Under the pieces are notes generated by a model, which was not told the DNA's origin, made no database searches, and saw only the letters and a list, made by a program, of their open reading frames with translations. A program made the position numbers and the translations under genes. A stretch of DNA of 64,000 nt from the NCBI GenBank assembly GCA_951406725.2, contig OX597832.1, positions 48,608,001 to 48,672,000 on the forward strand, in the 5' to 3' direction. Shown here one piece after another: positions 1-13,019 of the stretch. The stretch's first letter is position 1; the number at the start of each line of letters is the position of its first letter. Source of the DNA: Octopus vulgaris. Its lineage: Eukaryota.

Positions 1-681
1 AATACATGCATATATGTATTATATACAACCATACGCACGTATATGCGTGTGTATGTGTATGTATATATGTGTGTATGTATGTATGTGTGTGTATATAATC
101 TCTTTTGAGTGCTTATAGATGCAGACTCTAGAAAACCCATGTAAGCGTTCGTGTGTGTGTGTGTGTGTGTGTGTGTATGCGTGTGTGTGTGTGTGTGTAT
201 GTGTATTTGTGTGAATGTGCGTGTGTGTGTGAGGCAGTATGCTTGTGTACGTGTGCGTGTGTTCATACATAACATAATTTGCGCAGAAATCAGAAGTAAT
301 CTGGATTCAAATTGAAAGATGGAGGAGAGCAAATTGAGAAGAAGAGAGCAGAGGAGAAGAAACGATGGAAGAGAGGAATGAAAGTAGAGAGAGAGAGAAG
401 ACGAATTCTTGAAACCGTTTCTTCAACGCAGCTTCTCTTTCTAAATTGTTTCCAAGTTGTTCATCACGATGAGATTTAATAGAAATGTCAGACACACGGT
501 TATTTACGATGATGTTAAGAAGTGTTGTATTGTTTGATCTTTCAAGTGTTTGTCTAAAAAAAACAATGATCGCTCTCTGTCAATAATAATGAGAGAGAAG
601 AACTCGTGGCGCAGGCGCCGAGCCAAATGCTTAGGGCCCCAAAACATACACACACACACACACACCTAAACATACATACTA

Positions 682-1072
682 TTTTACTGTTTTACTTGTT
701 TCAGTCATTTGACTGCGGCCATGCTGGAGCACCGCCTTTAGTCGAGCAAATCGACCCCCGGGGACTTATACTTTGTAAGCCCAGTACTTATTCTATCGGT
801 CTCTTTTGCTGAACCGCTAAGTGACGGGGACGTAAACACACAAGCATTGGCTGTCAAGCAATGCTAGGGGGACAAACACCGACAAACACACACACACATA
901 AATATATATATATACATATATACGACAGTCTTCTTTCAGTTTCCGTCTACCAAATCCACTCACGCCCGGGGCTATAGCAGAAGACACTTGCCCAAGATTC
1001 CACGTAGTGGGACTGAACCCGGAACCATGTGGTTGGTTAGCAAACTACTTACCACACAGCCACTCCTGCGCC
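682..1072 (-). mobile_element. tRNA-derived SINE, family A (near full length)
   Basis: Head GGCGCAGGAGTGGCTGTGTGGTAAG with B-box-like GGTTCAGTCCC, internal (TA)/(TG) microsatellite and tail CAGCATGGCCGCAGTCAAATGACTGAAACAAGTAAAA. About 20 copies in the window. Confidence 0.9.
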
Positions 1073-1506
1073 TATACATATACATGTATATGCTTGTACA
1101 GAAAAAAAAACCCCGGAAAGCACCATCATAGTCATTTTCTTTCTTCTCATCATCTTCATCATCTTCAATGTCATCATCATTTATCATCGTCGTCGTCGTC
1201 GTCGTCGTCGTTTTCCTCTCATCTTTCCGGGATCAATAGAATAATAAGTACCAGTCAAGTACTGGTGTCGATGTAATCGAATTGCACTCCCAGCCGCTCA
1301 CCCCAAGCCCCTCCTCTCCACAAATTTATTGGCCTTTAGCGCGGAAACTAGGTGGCAAGCGTGCCAGGATTGATAGCACGCCGGACAAAATGCTGAGCTA
1401 CAATTAATTCGTGTGTTTTGACAATCTGAGTTCGAAATCCTCCTCCTCATCATCGACATCATCATCATCATCTTCATTATTATTGCGGTATTTCCTCAGT
1501 TGTTTT

Positions 1507-1645
<139 letters not shown>

Positions 1646-1722
1646 CACACACACTCACACACACATATTTACATATACATACTCACACACACACACACAT
1701 ACATACACACATATATGTACAT

Positions 1723-2120
1723 AGGCACAGGAAAGGCTGTGTGGTAAGTACTTTTGCTTACCAACCATGTGGTTCCGGGTTCAGTCCCACTGCATAGCAC
1801 CTTGTGGAGGTGTCTTCAACTATAGCTTAGGGCCGACCAAACCCTTGTGAATGGATCTGCTAGGCGAAAACTGAAAGAAGCCTGTCATGTATATATATAA
1901 ATGTGTGTATGTGTGTGTGTGTGTGCATGTATATTTCTGTGTTGTGTGTGCTTGTCCCCCAATATCGCTTGACAAACGATGCTGGTGTGTTTACGTCCCG
2001 GTAAAAAGAAACCGACAGAATAAGTACTAGGCTCACAAAGAATAAGTCCTGGGGTCGATTTGTTCGACTAAAGGTGGTGCTCCAGCATGGCCACAGTCAA
2101 ATGACTGAAACAAGTAAAAT
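1723..2120 (+). mobile_element. SINE family A, diverged
   Basis: Same head, body and tail motifs as the other A copies. Confidence 0.85.
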
Positions 2121-2135
2121 ATAAAAATATAAAAG

Positions 2136-2169
<34 letters not shown>

Positions 2170-2189
2170 TAAAGTATAAAAGAATAAAA

Positions 2190-2232
<43 letters not shown>

Positions 2233-2234
<2 letters not shown>

Positions 2235-2419
2235 CGCAGGAGTGGCTGTGTGGTAAGTAGCTTGCTTACCAACCACATGGTTCCGGGTTCAGTCCCATGC
2301 GTGGCATCTTGGGCTTGCAAAGAATAAGTCCCGGGGTCGATTTGCTCGACTAAAGGCGGTGCTCCAGCATGGCCGCAGTCAAATGACCGAAACAAGTAAA
2401 AGAGTAAAAGAGTAAAAGA

Positions 2420-2420
<1 letters not shown>
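2233..2420 (+). mobile_element. SINE family A, internally deleted
   Basis: Head joined directly to tail at a TGGGC microhomology (CATCTTGGGC|TTGCAAAGAATAAG). Confidence 0.85.
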
Positions 2421-2493
<73 letters not shown>

Positions 2494-2522
2494 TTGGAGA
2501 GAAGATTTTTTCTCAAAGAGTT

Positions 2523-2710
2523 AAGATTGAGAATAGAACCTTTTTCGAAAGTCGAAGGACACTAACCTTTGTGACGAGATTTCACAACACATTAAGAACT
2601 GAAAGCTCTTGCACATTTATAAAAGCAAACCCTTCACAGATTTAAAGAAATCCCTTCCCAAAGGTTCGTGTCTTTCGACTTCTTTCTAAAATGGTTCTTT
2701 CCTCAATCTT
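2523..2710. repeat. Imperfect inverted repeat (~50-60 bp arms) beside (TA)n
   Basis: AAGATTGAGAATAGAACC...AAGTCGAAGGACACTAACCTTTG pairs with CAAAGGTTCGTGTCTTTCGACTT...GGTTCTTTCCTCAATCTT. Confidence 0.75.
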
Positions 2711-3489
2711 TTCTCAACCATCGGATCTAAAGTTACGCTGAAATCACGAGATGCGTGCACTGGACTTCACACGACTACGAAAAGAATATTTGTTTTTAAT
2801 TTTTCAAAATTTAAAGAAAAAAGTTTGGTGTTAATTTTTACGAATTTTTCTTTTGGAATCACAGTTTAAAAAACGGACAGTCCGAAATGTTGGCTTAAAT
2901 CCCAACAATTGACCATTAAATGTGTTTATAAGGAGAAAAACATTAAAAAAAAGTTCATACATCAGACTCACAAGCGAACGAGGAGGGTATGAGGTGGTCG
3001 TGAAATGTACCAAAAATAACAGCCAAATAGGCATTAAATTACGCACCAAATTTTTTTGTTTTGTTTTTGCATAATCGTATGATTTTCTATGTGTAGAACA
3101 CAAATTCAAAAACATTTTCTGAAAATTCCAAAAACTAAAAAAAGGGGGTTATATGGCGTGCTTAACGCAGAATTCCGCCAGAAATCATACCCAGGACTTA
3201 TCGTATTTAACCTAAATTCAAACCCATTCCCTAATGCATGTCCCTATTTTAAAATTTTATCCAAATAAAAATTATGGATTTCTCTCTTTTACTTTTATCC
3301 TCTAGATTCGTCTCATAAGCTCAAATAATTTTTCATCTCATTGCACGTGTAATTTCAGAAGACTGAACTTCCTGCTACGCTCAGGATATGACGTATGTAT
3401 GTAATCCACACTTAACTATACACTTATTTATATGGTCTGTATTATGCATCAGATTAAACATCAGATAGAAAATAATCTTTTTTATTTTA

Positions 3490-3915
3490 GGCACAAGACC
3501 CGAAATTTTGTGGGAGGGGGCCAGTCGATTATACCGACCCCAGTGCGTAACTGGTATTTAATATATCGGCGACGAGCTGGCAGAACCGTTAGCACGCCGG
3601 GCGAAATGCTTAGCGGTATTTCGTCTGCCGTTACGTTGTGAGTTCAAATTCCGCCAAGGTCGACTTTGCCTTTCATCCTTTCGGGGTCGATAAATTAAGT
3701 ACCACACTGGGGTCGATGTAATCGACTTAATACCTTTGTCTGTCCTTGTTTGTCCCCTCTATGTTTAGCCCCTTGTGGTTAATAAAGAAATAGATATTTA
3801 ATATATCGACCCGGAAAGGATGAAAGGTAAAGTCGACCTCGGCGGAATTTGAACTTAGAACGTAGCGACGGGCGAAATGTCGCTAAGCATTCCGTCCAGC
3901 GTGCCAACGATTCTT
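3490..3915. mobile_element. Nested SINE family B: plus copy (~3568-3794) inside an older minus copy
   Basis: Head GGCGACGAGCTGGCAGAACCGTTAGC, core GCCTTTCATCCTTTCGGGGTCGATAAATTAAGTACCA. Duplication TATTTAATATATCG at 3555-3568 and 3795-3808 is the TSD. Confidence 0.9.
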
Positions 3916-3980
3916 TTTTTACTCTTAGCACATACAGTAACTGCATTTATTTCTCTGAAGACTGTTAGAATGATATAAAC

Positions 3981-4025
3981 GTCTCTGATGAGAACCCAGT
4001 AAGGTTCGGAAACCGATTAAGGTTG
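3981..4025 (+). ncRNA. Degenerate type I hammerhead ribozyme motif
   Basis: CTGATGA-GAACC-cagtaa-GGTTC-g-GAAA-CCGATTA. Stem II is perfect, but there is one extra G and stems I and III are damaged. Confidence 0.45.
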
Positions 4026-6257
4026 TTCCTCGTTTTTTCAGTCTACGGAGAAATGGCTAAAAATTGCCCCGTTTATAATTATACCATATGTTACAAACAC
4101 ACACATATATCTATAGCAACGTTATTCTATATTGTGCTCTGCTTTGTAACAAAATGAATTCGATCTGAGTCAAAGATCGTTTCGGCTGTTAGAGACAATC
4201 CTGTCTTTTATCGAATGGCAGCAACTGAATCACTGATCCCTTTGAAACTACTCTACTAGTAAACTACTCTATCAGTATATCCATATATAAATACTCTATA
4301 ATGTACATAGTCCATCTGAAAAAAGAAAATCGTTTTACGGTTCAGATAAATATTTCTCTAATTATCTACACTCGGAGTATTTTGAAATAAATTAACATGC
4401 TTGGAACTGTGTAGGGAGGCATGAAATACATAATTTCTTTCGAAATCGTATTTCTCTAGAGCTTGATTCTTGTCTTTATGTAATGCTTACGTAGGTAATA
4501 CTGAAGGTGCAACATTCGGAGAGAACTCTTTTGAAAACTATATTCTTTTTCTCCATGGAATTGTATTATCTATTATGTTTATCTTTATGACAAAAAGCAA
4601 ATAATCTGAACTCTAGAAAGAAATAGAAGACATAGTCTGCCTGTAATGTTATTCTGCTACAGTACAGTTACACTGGGTAAATCTACCGCCTATCTTAACA
4701 AAACGCACGTCCTTGTTTTCATATCAGACAAAAAAATTATGGCTGGACTCTTGGAAGCAAGTAAATTAGCCATTCCATTGAACTGTGAATTTTCATAACA
4801 TATGGACAATGTATATGTCATACTTAATTTAGAATATTCATTTATCAGTCGATTTTCTATCGAATAATATAAACAATACAGAAGTTTTATCTAAAACAAA
4901 GTGTTTTCGATTTTGTTCCAGAGCTTATCAGTCAGTTGTCTTGCGAATAATGTTGAGTATATAACATATCTTCGATTTCCTTTTCATAGATTATGATTCA
5001 ATTGTCTTTAGAATATTACAGATAATATAAATGTTTTATCTAAAATAGATTATTTCTTCGATTTCCGCCCATGGTTTATCGGTCTGTTGTCTAACAAATA
5101 GCATCAATATTGCTCGATGTGTCGGGCTGCGAGTTGGTAGAACCGTTAGCAAATCATCGGACAAAATACTTAACAGCATTTCTTCCCACGGCTGTCGAGT
5201 TCTGAGGTTCAAATGCCACCGAACTCGACTTTGCCTTTCGGGGTCGATAAAATAAGTACCATTTGAGAACTGGGTTCCATGAAATCCCTAAAATCACTGG
5301 GCTTGTGTCAAAATTAGAACGAATTTTGTGTGTATGTCTTCGATTTTACTTCATATTCAAAACGCTACGTGCGTAGAGGATTCGTGGCCGAATGGATAAG
5401 GAAATCGCTTCGCCGTCGGGTGGCTCCAGGTTCAATCCTCCGACATATTTTGAACAAGTTGTTTTTAGCTTCAAGCCGCTCCAAGTATTAGAGATTCAGA
5501 AAATAGCTGTTAGAGCGCCAGAGAAAATGTCCTACGAAATTTGTTCTGCATTTTTATGTCGTGTTGAAACTTCGCCGAGGTCAAACTTTGCCTTTCATAA
5601 ACTCCAACGCAGATCAATTAAGCAAAGTACCAAGTCGATGGTACTTGATAAATACTTCCCTCAAAGTTGCTGGCCTTGTTACAAAATCAGAAGCCATAAT
5701 TATATTGACTTCAATTTCTAGTATATTTATGTTCCCACAATGTGCATTCCAAGTTGGTGTGTTCACACGCGTAGAGGCATTTATTTAAGTCAAGTACCTT
5801 CATGAGTATTGACAATAAGTAGTTCTAGTTATACGGATCGAACGGAGACGGAACCATAGCGTAAATAAATTAAACGCAGCAGGTAATTGAAAATTCGTTG
5901 GCAATTTACCTAGTTATTGTGAAAAACTGCGTAGGACAGGAGAAGTATATTTACCGAAAACGTGGTATTTCCTTCTCAAGCGACTTGTCTTATAAAGTGG
6001 ATTGGAGAAATTTGACAGCAGGAAAGAATTTAATTACGCTTACTCACTGGTTTTATTTAGTCACATGTCACACTTTATCTTGGGACTTTCTAAGAAAAGT
6101 TGAGCTTTCTTTATTGCGTATTCGGCAATATATCTCTTTATTTCTGAGTATTGGATTTCTCGAAGATTCTTAACATAGTCAGACAGAATCAAATATCTTT
6201 AGTTTAAATCATAAGCCATCTACCACAGTCATACATAGGAGTGTGTATGTATGCATG

Positions 6258-6358
<101 letters not shown>

Positions 6359-6419
6359 GTATATGTATATATATATATATATGTATTTGTGTGTGTATGA
6401 ATTTTCTTTTATTATTCTA

Positions 6420-6610
6420 TTCTTTTATTTGTTTCAGTTATTTGACTGCGGCCATGCTGGAGCACCACCTTTTAGTTGAACATATCGACATCAGGACTTA
6501 TTCTTTGTAAGCCTAGTACTTATTCTATCAGTCACTTTTGCCGAGCCGTTAAGTTACGGGGTCAAACACAGACACACAAACATACACACACGCATACGCA
6601 CACGCACGTG

Positions 6611-6680
<70 letters not shown>

Positions 6681-6690
6681 CGACGAGCTT
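6420..6690 (-). mobile_element. SINE family A, 3' part
   Basis: Tail motif GACTGCGGCCATGCTGGAGCACC on the plus strand. Confidence 0.8.
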
Positions 6691-6699
6691 TGGACAGTC

Positions 6700-6959
6700 C
6701 AAGGCAACGTGAAATAAAGTGTCTTGCTCAAGAACATAACATGCAGCCCGGTCCGGGATTCGAACTCACAACCTCACGATCGTAAGTGTGGCAGGCTGGC
6801 CCCTTTGAAATACAGGTACAACTCATTTTTGCCAGCTGAGTGGACCGGAGCAACGTGAAATAAAGTGTCTTGCTCAAGGACGCAACACGCCGGCGGAAAT
6901 CGAACTCGTGATCTTGCGACCGTGAGTCGTATACCCTAACCACTAAGTCACGCGCCTTC
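6700..6959 (-). mobile_element. tRNA-derived SINE family D (two partial tandem heads)
   Basis: Minus strand reads GAAGGCGCGTGACTTAGTGGTTAGGG...GAGTTCGATTTCC...CCTTGAGCAAGACACTTTATTTCAC. The latter block occurs twice. Confidence 0.75.
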
Positions 6960-7560
6960 AAATAAGCTGGGAAAGAAATGGTTAAACATACATACAGGTA
7001 CGTATATGTATGTATATGCAACGCAAGAAACAAATAATGAAGTAAGCGAACAATTATATTATAACAATGGCGAGCAGGTTTAGATGAACTTTCTACGTGG
7101 AGAGTCAGATAAACTGGGAAAGTAATGGCTAAACGAAAACCTAAATATAGAAGATATATTAAAATGAAACTATACTTTGCTAAATATAATATATCGGTAG
7201 ATCCACAAGACGATGGAAGGTGAAGGCTGATGTGGAGTTTTGGCAGAAAAATAATTACTGTGCAGCAAAGAGCTAGATATAATTTGACCGATGCTTACAA
7301 TAAATTTAATTAAATAAAATTAGATTTCCATTCTCATGCTGTACTAAATAGAATTAATCATGAGCAGTTTGAAAAGTTAATAATGCATCCTTTGTGTTCG
7401 ACGCATAATAGACTGTATACACGCGTGCATATGTATGTCATGTATACTGTCAAACATACACAAAGCTATGTATACACGCATATATATAAGCAAATATGCA
7501 CACGCTTATATTCTCACACATATATAGACTCAGTGAAACGCAAACACACACATACTCACG

Positions 7561-7710
7561 GCCTTTAGTCGAGCAAATCGACCCCAGGACTTATTCTTTG
7601 AAAACCTAGTACTTATTATATCGGTCTCTTTTGCCGAACGGCTAAGTTACGAGGACGTAAACACACCAGCATCGGTTGTCAAGCGATGTTGGGGGACAAA
7701 CACAGACACA

Positions 7711-7782
<72 letters not shown>

Positions 7783-7948
7783 CATATATACGACGGGCTT
7801 CTTTCAGTTTCCGTCTACCAAATCCACTCACAAGGCTTTGGTCGGCCCGAGGCTATAGTAGAAGACACATGCCTAAGGTGCCACGTAGTGGGATTGAACC
7901 CGGAACCATGTGGTTCGTAAGCAAGCTACTTACCACACAGCCACTCCT
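7561..7948 (-). mobile_element. SINE family A
   Basis: Matches the family A head and body. Confidence 0.9.
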
Positions 7949-8369
7949 ACATTTATATGTATATATTCATACATATAAATTTTGTATATAGTTAAAATTT
8001 GTCTGGAGAGAATAGGTTCAATATGTTTATTTAAGTTTTCGGTTGTGTATAGAGCTGAAAGTACAAGATTAGGGTTCAGTCTGTCACAGGACTCAATCCT
8101 AGCTGCTACTCATTCGTTCCAAGTGAGCAGATAATGAAATAAAGAGTCTTGCTCAAGATCATTATGCAACCAGCGGCTTTATGATTGTGAACCCAACATC
8201 CAACTCCTCCGCTCTCTTCTCCCCCTCTCTCCTCCCATTCTGGCCAGGTAACCATGTACCTCGTCTATAGCAAGACACCTCTTTCTGCCTCTCTGTCTTA
8301 CTCTCACTCTAACCTTTCATGATGATCTGACACAAGATCACCTCCTCCAATGACCCATCCCCTCTCAAA

Positions 8370-8675
8370 ATTTCTCGTCTTGTAAGTTACTTGGTGACCC
8401 TGCCAGTGCAGGTACCACGTAAAAAGCATTCAATCTACACTGTGTAGTGGTTGGCATTTGGAAGGGCATCAAGCTGTAAACACCATACCAAACTGACCTC
8501 CTCGGCTGTGTTGGTGCCACGTAAATAGCACCCAGTCCATTCTGCGTTGGTGTTAGGAAAAGTATCCAGCCGTAAAAACCACGCCAAAGCAGACACGGTA
8601 GAGTGGGTTAATCTTCTAACTGGTCAGCTCCTGACAAACCGTCCAGCCCATGCTATCATGGAAAGCGGATGTTAA
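8370..8675 (+). mobile_element. SINE/non-autonomous element with RTE-type tail
   Basis: Two copies of a GTTGG(C/T)..GGAAGGGCATC/GGAAAAGTATCCAGCCGTAAAAAC module, ending CCGTCCAGCCCATGCTATCATGGAAAGCGGATGTTAAA. Family assignment is from recollection only. Confidence 0.5.
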
Positions 8676-8681
8676 AGTATG

Positions 8682-8772
<91 letters not shown>

Positions 8773-8774
<2 letters not shown>

Positions 8775-9087
8775 TTAATCGACTTCGAAAGGATGAAAGG
8801 CAAAGTCGACCTCGACGGAATTTGAACTCAGAACGTAACGGCAGACGAAATACCTATTTCTTTACTACCCACAAGGGGCTAAACACAGAGGGGACAAACA
8901 AGGACAGACAAACGGATTAAGTCGATTATTCCGACCCCAGTGCGTAACTGGTACTTATTTAATCGACCCCGAAAGGATGAAAGGCAAAGTCGACCCCAGC
9001 GGATTTTGAACTCAAAAAGTCAGGACGGATGCAACGCCCTTAATGATTTATGCCCGGCTTCTTAACGATTGTGCCAGCTCGCCGCCT
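8773..9087 (-). mobile_element. SINE family B tandem pair
   Basis: Two core motifs joined at GAAATAC|CTATTTC. Confidence 0.85.
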
Positions 9088-9665
9088 TATACTGACGTTT
9101 CCTAAATCATAATAAAAGTAATTATCATTATTATCGACCTTGCTTTTCATTTCCTCGGGGTCGATATAATAAGAAGCTGCAAAATGTTGAGGTTGATTGA
9201 TGTATACTAATTGACTTAATTAAAACGTCGTACTTATATTTGTGGCCGTATGCCAAAGTGAGATGAGTTCATTGTATCAGTGCGGAAGTTTGCTCTTGAG
9301 AGATACATATACCCACCCCCAGATTCAATCAACACACTTGACAGTTTTATTAATTATACATATTTGCGCATCGGTGCAAGTGAAATTAAATATTAAATTC
9401 TTTTCTTAAGAAAAATATTGGTTTCACATTTTGGCACAAGGCCAGCAATCTCGGGTGAAAGTGAAAGTAGAGTACTTTGCCTTTCATCCTTTTGTGGTCG
9501 ATTAAATAAGTACCAGTTAGGCACTTGGGTCGATATAATCGACTTAATCCGTTTGTCTGTCCTTGTTGTCCCCTCTGTGTGTAACCCCTTGTGGGCAGTA
9601 AAGAAATAAGAGCCGTTAGCATGACGGGTGAAATACTTTGCGATATTTCGTCCGTCTTCACGTTC

Positions 9666-9958
9666 TGACCGACCAGGCTATCAGATGTTGCTACACATCG
9701 CTGGTCACAATGCGCTTCGCATTGTTTTAGCTTTCAAAGGACGCCACCCCGCTGGCTAAGCGAGCAGGCCAACAGAAGAAAGAGTGAGAGAAAGTTGTAG
9801 GGAAAGAGTACAGCAGGGATTGCTACCACCCCCTGCAAGAGGCTCGTGGAGCTTTAGGTGTTTTCGCTGAATAAACACTCACAATGCCCGGTCTGGGTAT
9901 CGAAACCGCGATCCTACGACCGCGAGTCCGCTGCCCTAACCCCTGAGCCATTGTGTCT

Positions 9959-9960
<2 letters not shown>
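9666..9960 (-). mobile_element. tRNA-derived SINE family C (tail type 3)
   Basis: Head GGAGACACAATGGCTCAGGGGTTAGGGCAGCGGACTCGCGGTCG is homologous to the copy at 19778. Confidence 0.85.
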
Positions 9961-10052
<92 letters not shown>

Positions 10053-10349
10053 ATAGGTGTATGTGATTGTGTGCAGGTATGTATGTAAGTCTGAGGATGC
10101 GTGTATTAGAATGAGACGTACACAATTGTTTCGCTGACCAAAATATAAAAATATATTTCCTGTAGTTTTGAATCCAACTCTTACCACCAATTTCCAGTAA
10201 CCTTTCCTGCCTGACAAAGAGCGGAAGAATACGATCAGGTCGTAGAAAAAGTTTTGGTATCGACATCATCGATAAAAAACCTTTAATGGTGATAGATCCT
10301 CAATATGGCCGACAACTATTGACAGATAAAAAACTATTGATCGATAAAA

Positions 10350-10542
10350 AAATCACTCTTTTTGCCATAGCAACCACATCTTTATAGCTTGCGAATTTTA
10401 ACCATCGCGGGTCTCATCCTCACCACGCATTTAGTATCCCTGCCAATTTTCAGCTCGATCCTAGCCTCGGTTTGGCCGCCATTAACCGCCAAAGCAAAAC
10501 GTGCATACAATTTTCATCCAAGGACTGTTTTATAGATATAGA
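10350..10542 (-). mobile_element. Possible non-autonomous Helitron, 5' part
   Basis: Minus strand starts A|TCTATATCTATAAA, like the element at 42599. No 3' CTAG/hairpin found. Confidence 0.4.
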
Positions 10543-11050
10543 TTAACTGCTAATCTAGCATTGGCTTCTGAACTACCATAATTCTTAAATCATAATCTCT
10601 CGTATTTGAAGTGATAGAAATGATCAATCTCGGCTGAGAGATCGAACCGAATCGAAACTATCTCTGTTGGATTAGATCATCGATGCTCTGGCAAAGTTCC
10701 TGTTTACCATGAGAACCATATATCTTGCCTAACAAAATATTTTTTTATATCCTAAATTTTTGTGTCTGTCAAAATCATCGGTTAATTCTTTTATTAAATC
10801 AAAAGAATTAATCAACATTTTTTCTTCAAGATTTTAATTTATGCTAATGGCTTTAACTTAATTACCGATACGAATTATTTTCTTTTCTTCAGTTATCACA
10901 ATAAGTTTTTATTTATATAATTGCATTACCATAAACTGATTTTGATTCCAAAAAAAATTATTTCGTCTAGGAAGCAACGGCTGATGTAATAGTAGTGCCA
11001 GGAATGTAATTTCAACGAGAAAACCAAGAGGAAAAGAAATTAATAAAGTT

Positions 11051-11059
11051 AATAATAAC

Positions 11060-11108
<49 letters not shown>

Positions 11109-11208
11109 TAATAATAATAATAAAAATAACAATAATAATAATAAAATAATAATAATAATAATAATAATAATGATAATAATAATAATAATAATAATGATAA
11201 TAATAATA

Positions 11209-11301
<93 letters not shown>

Positions 11302-11483
11302 TTAATATTAATAATAATAATAATAATAATATTAATAATAATGATAATAATAATAATAATAATAATGATAATAATAATAATAGTAATAATAATGATAATA
11401 GTAATAATAATGATAATAATATTAATAATAATAATTATGATAATAATAATAATAATAATATTAATAATAATAAAAATAATAAT
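11051..11483 (+). repeat. Long imperfect (AAT)n microsatellite
   Basis: Directly visible. Confidence 0.98.
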
Positions 11484-11751
11484 ACTAACTTGCTCTCACA
11501 TGAGGTTTCTGCCCAGATGCAGTACCAGACAGTGGCTCTCATGGCTTCTCATCTTAACTGATTGGAAGTGTTATCATGTACATTGTTTTGTCTTGGTATA
11601 GAAGATGGGCTACAGCAAATATTCTGCTCAATGCCACAGATTTGCTTGTCAGTTGTTTGACCATAACCAGTTGATCATGTCCCTTAGTGGCTGACGATTT
11701 CCGCATCTCTGATCATGAACAGAAGTAGTGTGTGAACATCATAGCCGTGTG

Positions 11752-11922
11752 TTCTTCTTCTTCTTCTTCTTCTTCTTCTTCTTCTTCTTCTTCTTCTTCT
11801 TCTTCTTCTTCTTCTTCTTCTTCTTCTTCTTCTTCTTCTTCTTCTTCTTCTTCTTCTTCTTCTTCTTCTTCTTCTTCTTCTTCTTCTTCTTCTTCTTCTG
11901 CTTCTGCTTCTTCTTCTTCTTC
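11752..11922 (+). repeat. (TTC)n microsatellite
   Basis: Directly visible. Confidence 0.98.
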
Positions 11923-12076
11923 TTTGAACGTCTGGTACATATTCTATCGGTCTCTTTTTGAAAATGAACCCCGGAACCATGCAATTTTTGAAGGAAGCTT
12001 CTTACCACGCAGCCAAGCCTAGATTTGAAGACAAAATGAAATAGAGCGAGAGAGTGAAAGGAAAGAGAGATATATA

Positions 12077-12218
12077 CCGGCTTGCGGTATACGGATGTTC
12101 TGAGTCCATACTTTGTGCGTGTTATTAATACGTCCAGGAATGCTATCTGATTGTCTTTTTCTTTTTCCATTGTGAACTGTATGGATGGCTTTATTGAGTT
12201 CACATGTTCTAACAGTAC
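12077..12218 (-). pseudogene. Penelope-like element reverse transcriptase fragment
   Basis: Translates LLEHVNSIKPSIQFTMEKEKDNQIAFLDVLITRTKYGLRTSVYRKP, carrying the IQFTxE...FLD...VYRKP signature of PLE RT. Confidence 0.9.
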
Positions 12219-12224
12219 TGTACT

Positions 12225-12505
12225 CTCTATTAAAATAATACACAGAGAACACCACTGGAAAATACGAAAGCTAAAAGCAGCACATATGTTAGGACACAAC
12301 AACCTCCTAAGCAGATCCGAGTTCGATTCCAGGCAGTGACCTGAATAATAATAACATCGAAAAATATATTAGGAATGAGAACCCAGGTTCGAAGATTCCC
12401 CAAGACAGCTGATGAAGGCTGGAGGGTATATCAGACGAAACGTTGTGTTAACAACAAACAAGATGAGGACAAATATCTATCAATTGTAAATAAAGTAAAT
12501 AATGT
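12225..12505 (+). mobile_element. Penelope-like GIY-YIG C-terminus plus pLTR, inverted relative to the RT fragment
   Basis: Translates IKIIHREHHWKIRKLKAAHMLGHNNLLSR, followed by a hammerhead motif. Confidence 0.75.
12404..12449 (+). ncRNA. Minimal PLE-type hammerhead ribozyme (slightly mutated)
   Basis: GACAg-CTGATGA-a-GGCTGG-loop-TCAGAC-GAAA-CGTT-gTGTT. Palindromic AACGTT stem III; one mismatch each in stems I and II. Confidence 0.7.
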
Positions 12506-12519
12506 AGCGTTGCAAAGAA

Positions 12520-12740
12520 TATAAATATTTCTTTATTGCGCACAAGGAGCTAAACATAGAGGGGACAGGCAAAGGGATCAAGTCGATTACATCGACCCCA
12601 GTGCGTAACTGGTAATTAATTTACCGACCCCGAAAGGATGAAAGGCAAAGTCGACCTCAGCGGAATTTGAACTCAGAACGTAAAGACGGACGAACTGTGG
12701 CCAAAAATTTTGCCTGGCGTGTTAACGATTCTGGCAGCGT
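12520..12740 (-). mobile_element. SINE family B
   Basis: Core CCCCGAAAGGATGAAAGGCAAAGTCGACCTC on the plus strand. Confidence 0.85.
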
Positions 12741-12774
12741 TGCAAAGATAATACAGTTCTACTTATATTCATTC

Positions 12775-13000
12775 CTCGATACTTTAGGCACTGAGCAATC
12801 CCTCTCTTTACATTTTATGAATGGTAGGAGTTGAAGTTGCAGTATCGTCCAGTGAAGGTCGGCTTGCGGTATACGGATGTCCTGAATCCATTCTTGGTGC
12901 GTGTTATTAATATGTCCAGGAATGCTAGCTGATTGTCTTTTTCTTTTTCCATTATGAACTGTATGGATGGCTTTATTGAGTTCACATGATCTAACAGCAC
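12775..13000 (-). pseudogene. Second Penelope-like RT fragment
   Basis: Translates LLDHVNSIKPSIQFIMEKEKDNQLAFLDILITRTKNGFRTSVYRKPTFTGRYCNFNSYHS*, with an in-frame stop. Confidence 0.9.
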
Positions 13001-13019
13001 TTGGGCATCTTCACAAGGA

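Noticed and set aside
307-495. 62-aa minus ORF
   Set aside because: Non-ATG start, runs into a CT-rich low-complexity tract, no recognisable domain.
2830-3165. Possible DNA-transposon (Kolobok-like) end at TTAA
   Set aside because: Could not identify a matching second TIR.
11484-11751. Segment between (AAT)n and (TTC)n suspected to be a microsatellite-targeting LINE piece
   Set aside because: Single copy here and no convincing translation; needs a database search.
12371-12400. AUGA...GA hairpin as a SECIS element
   Set aside because: Helix II is only 5 bp and there is no apical AA.
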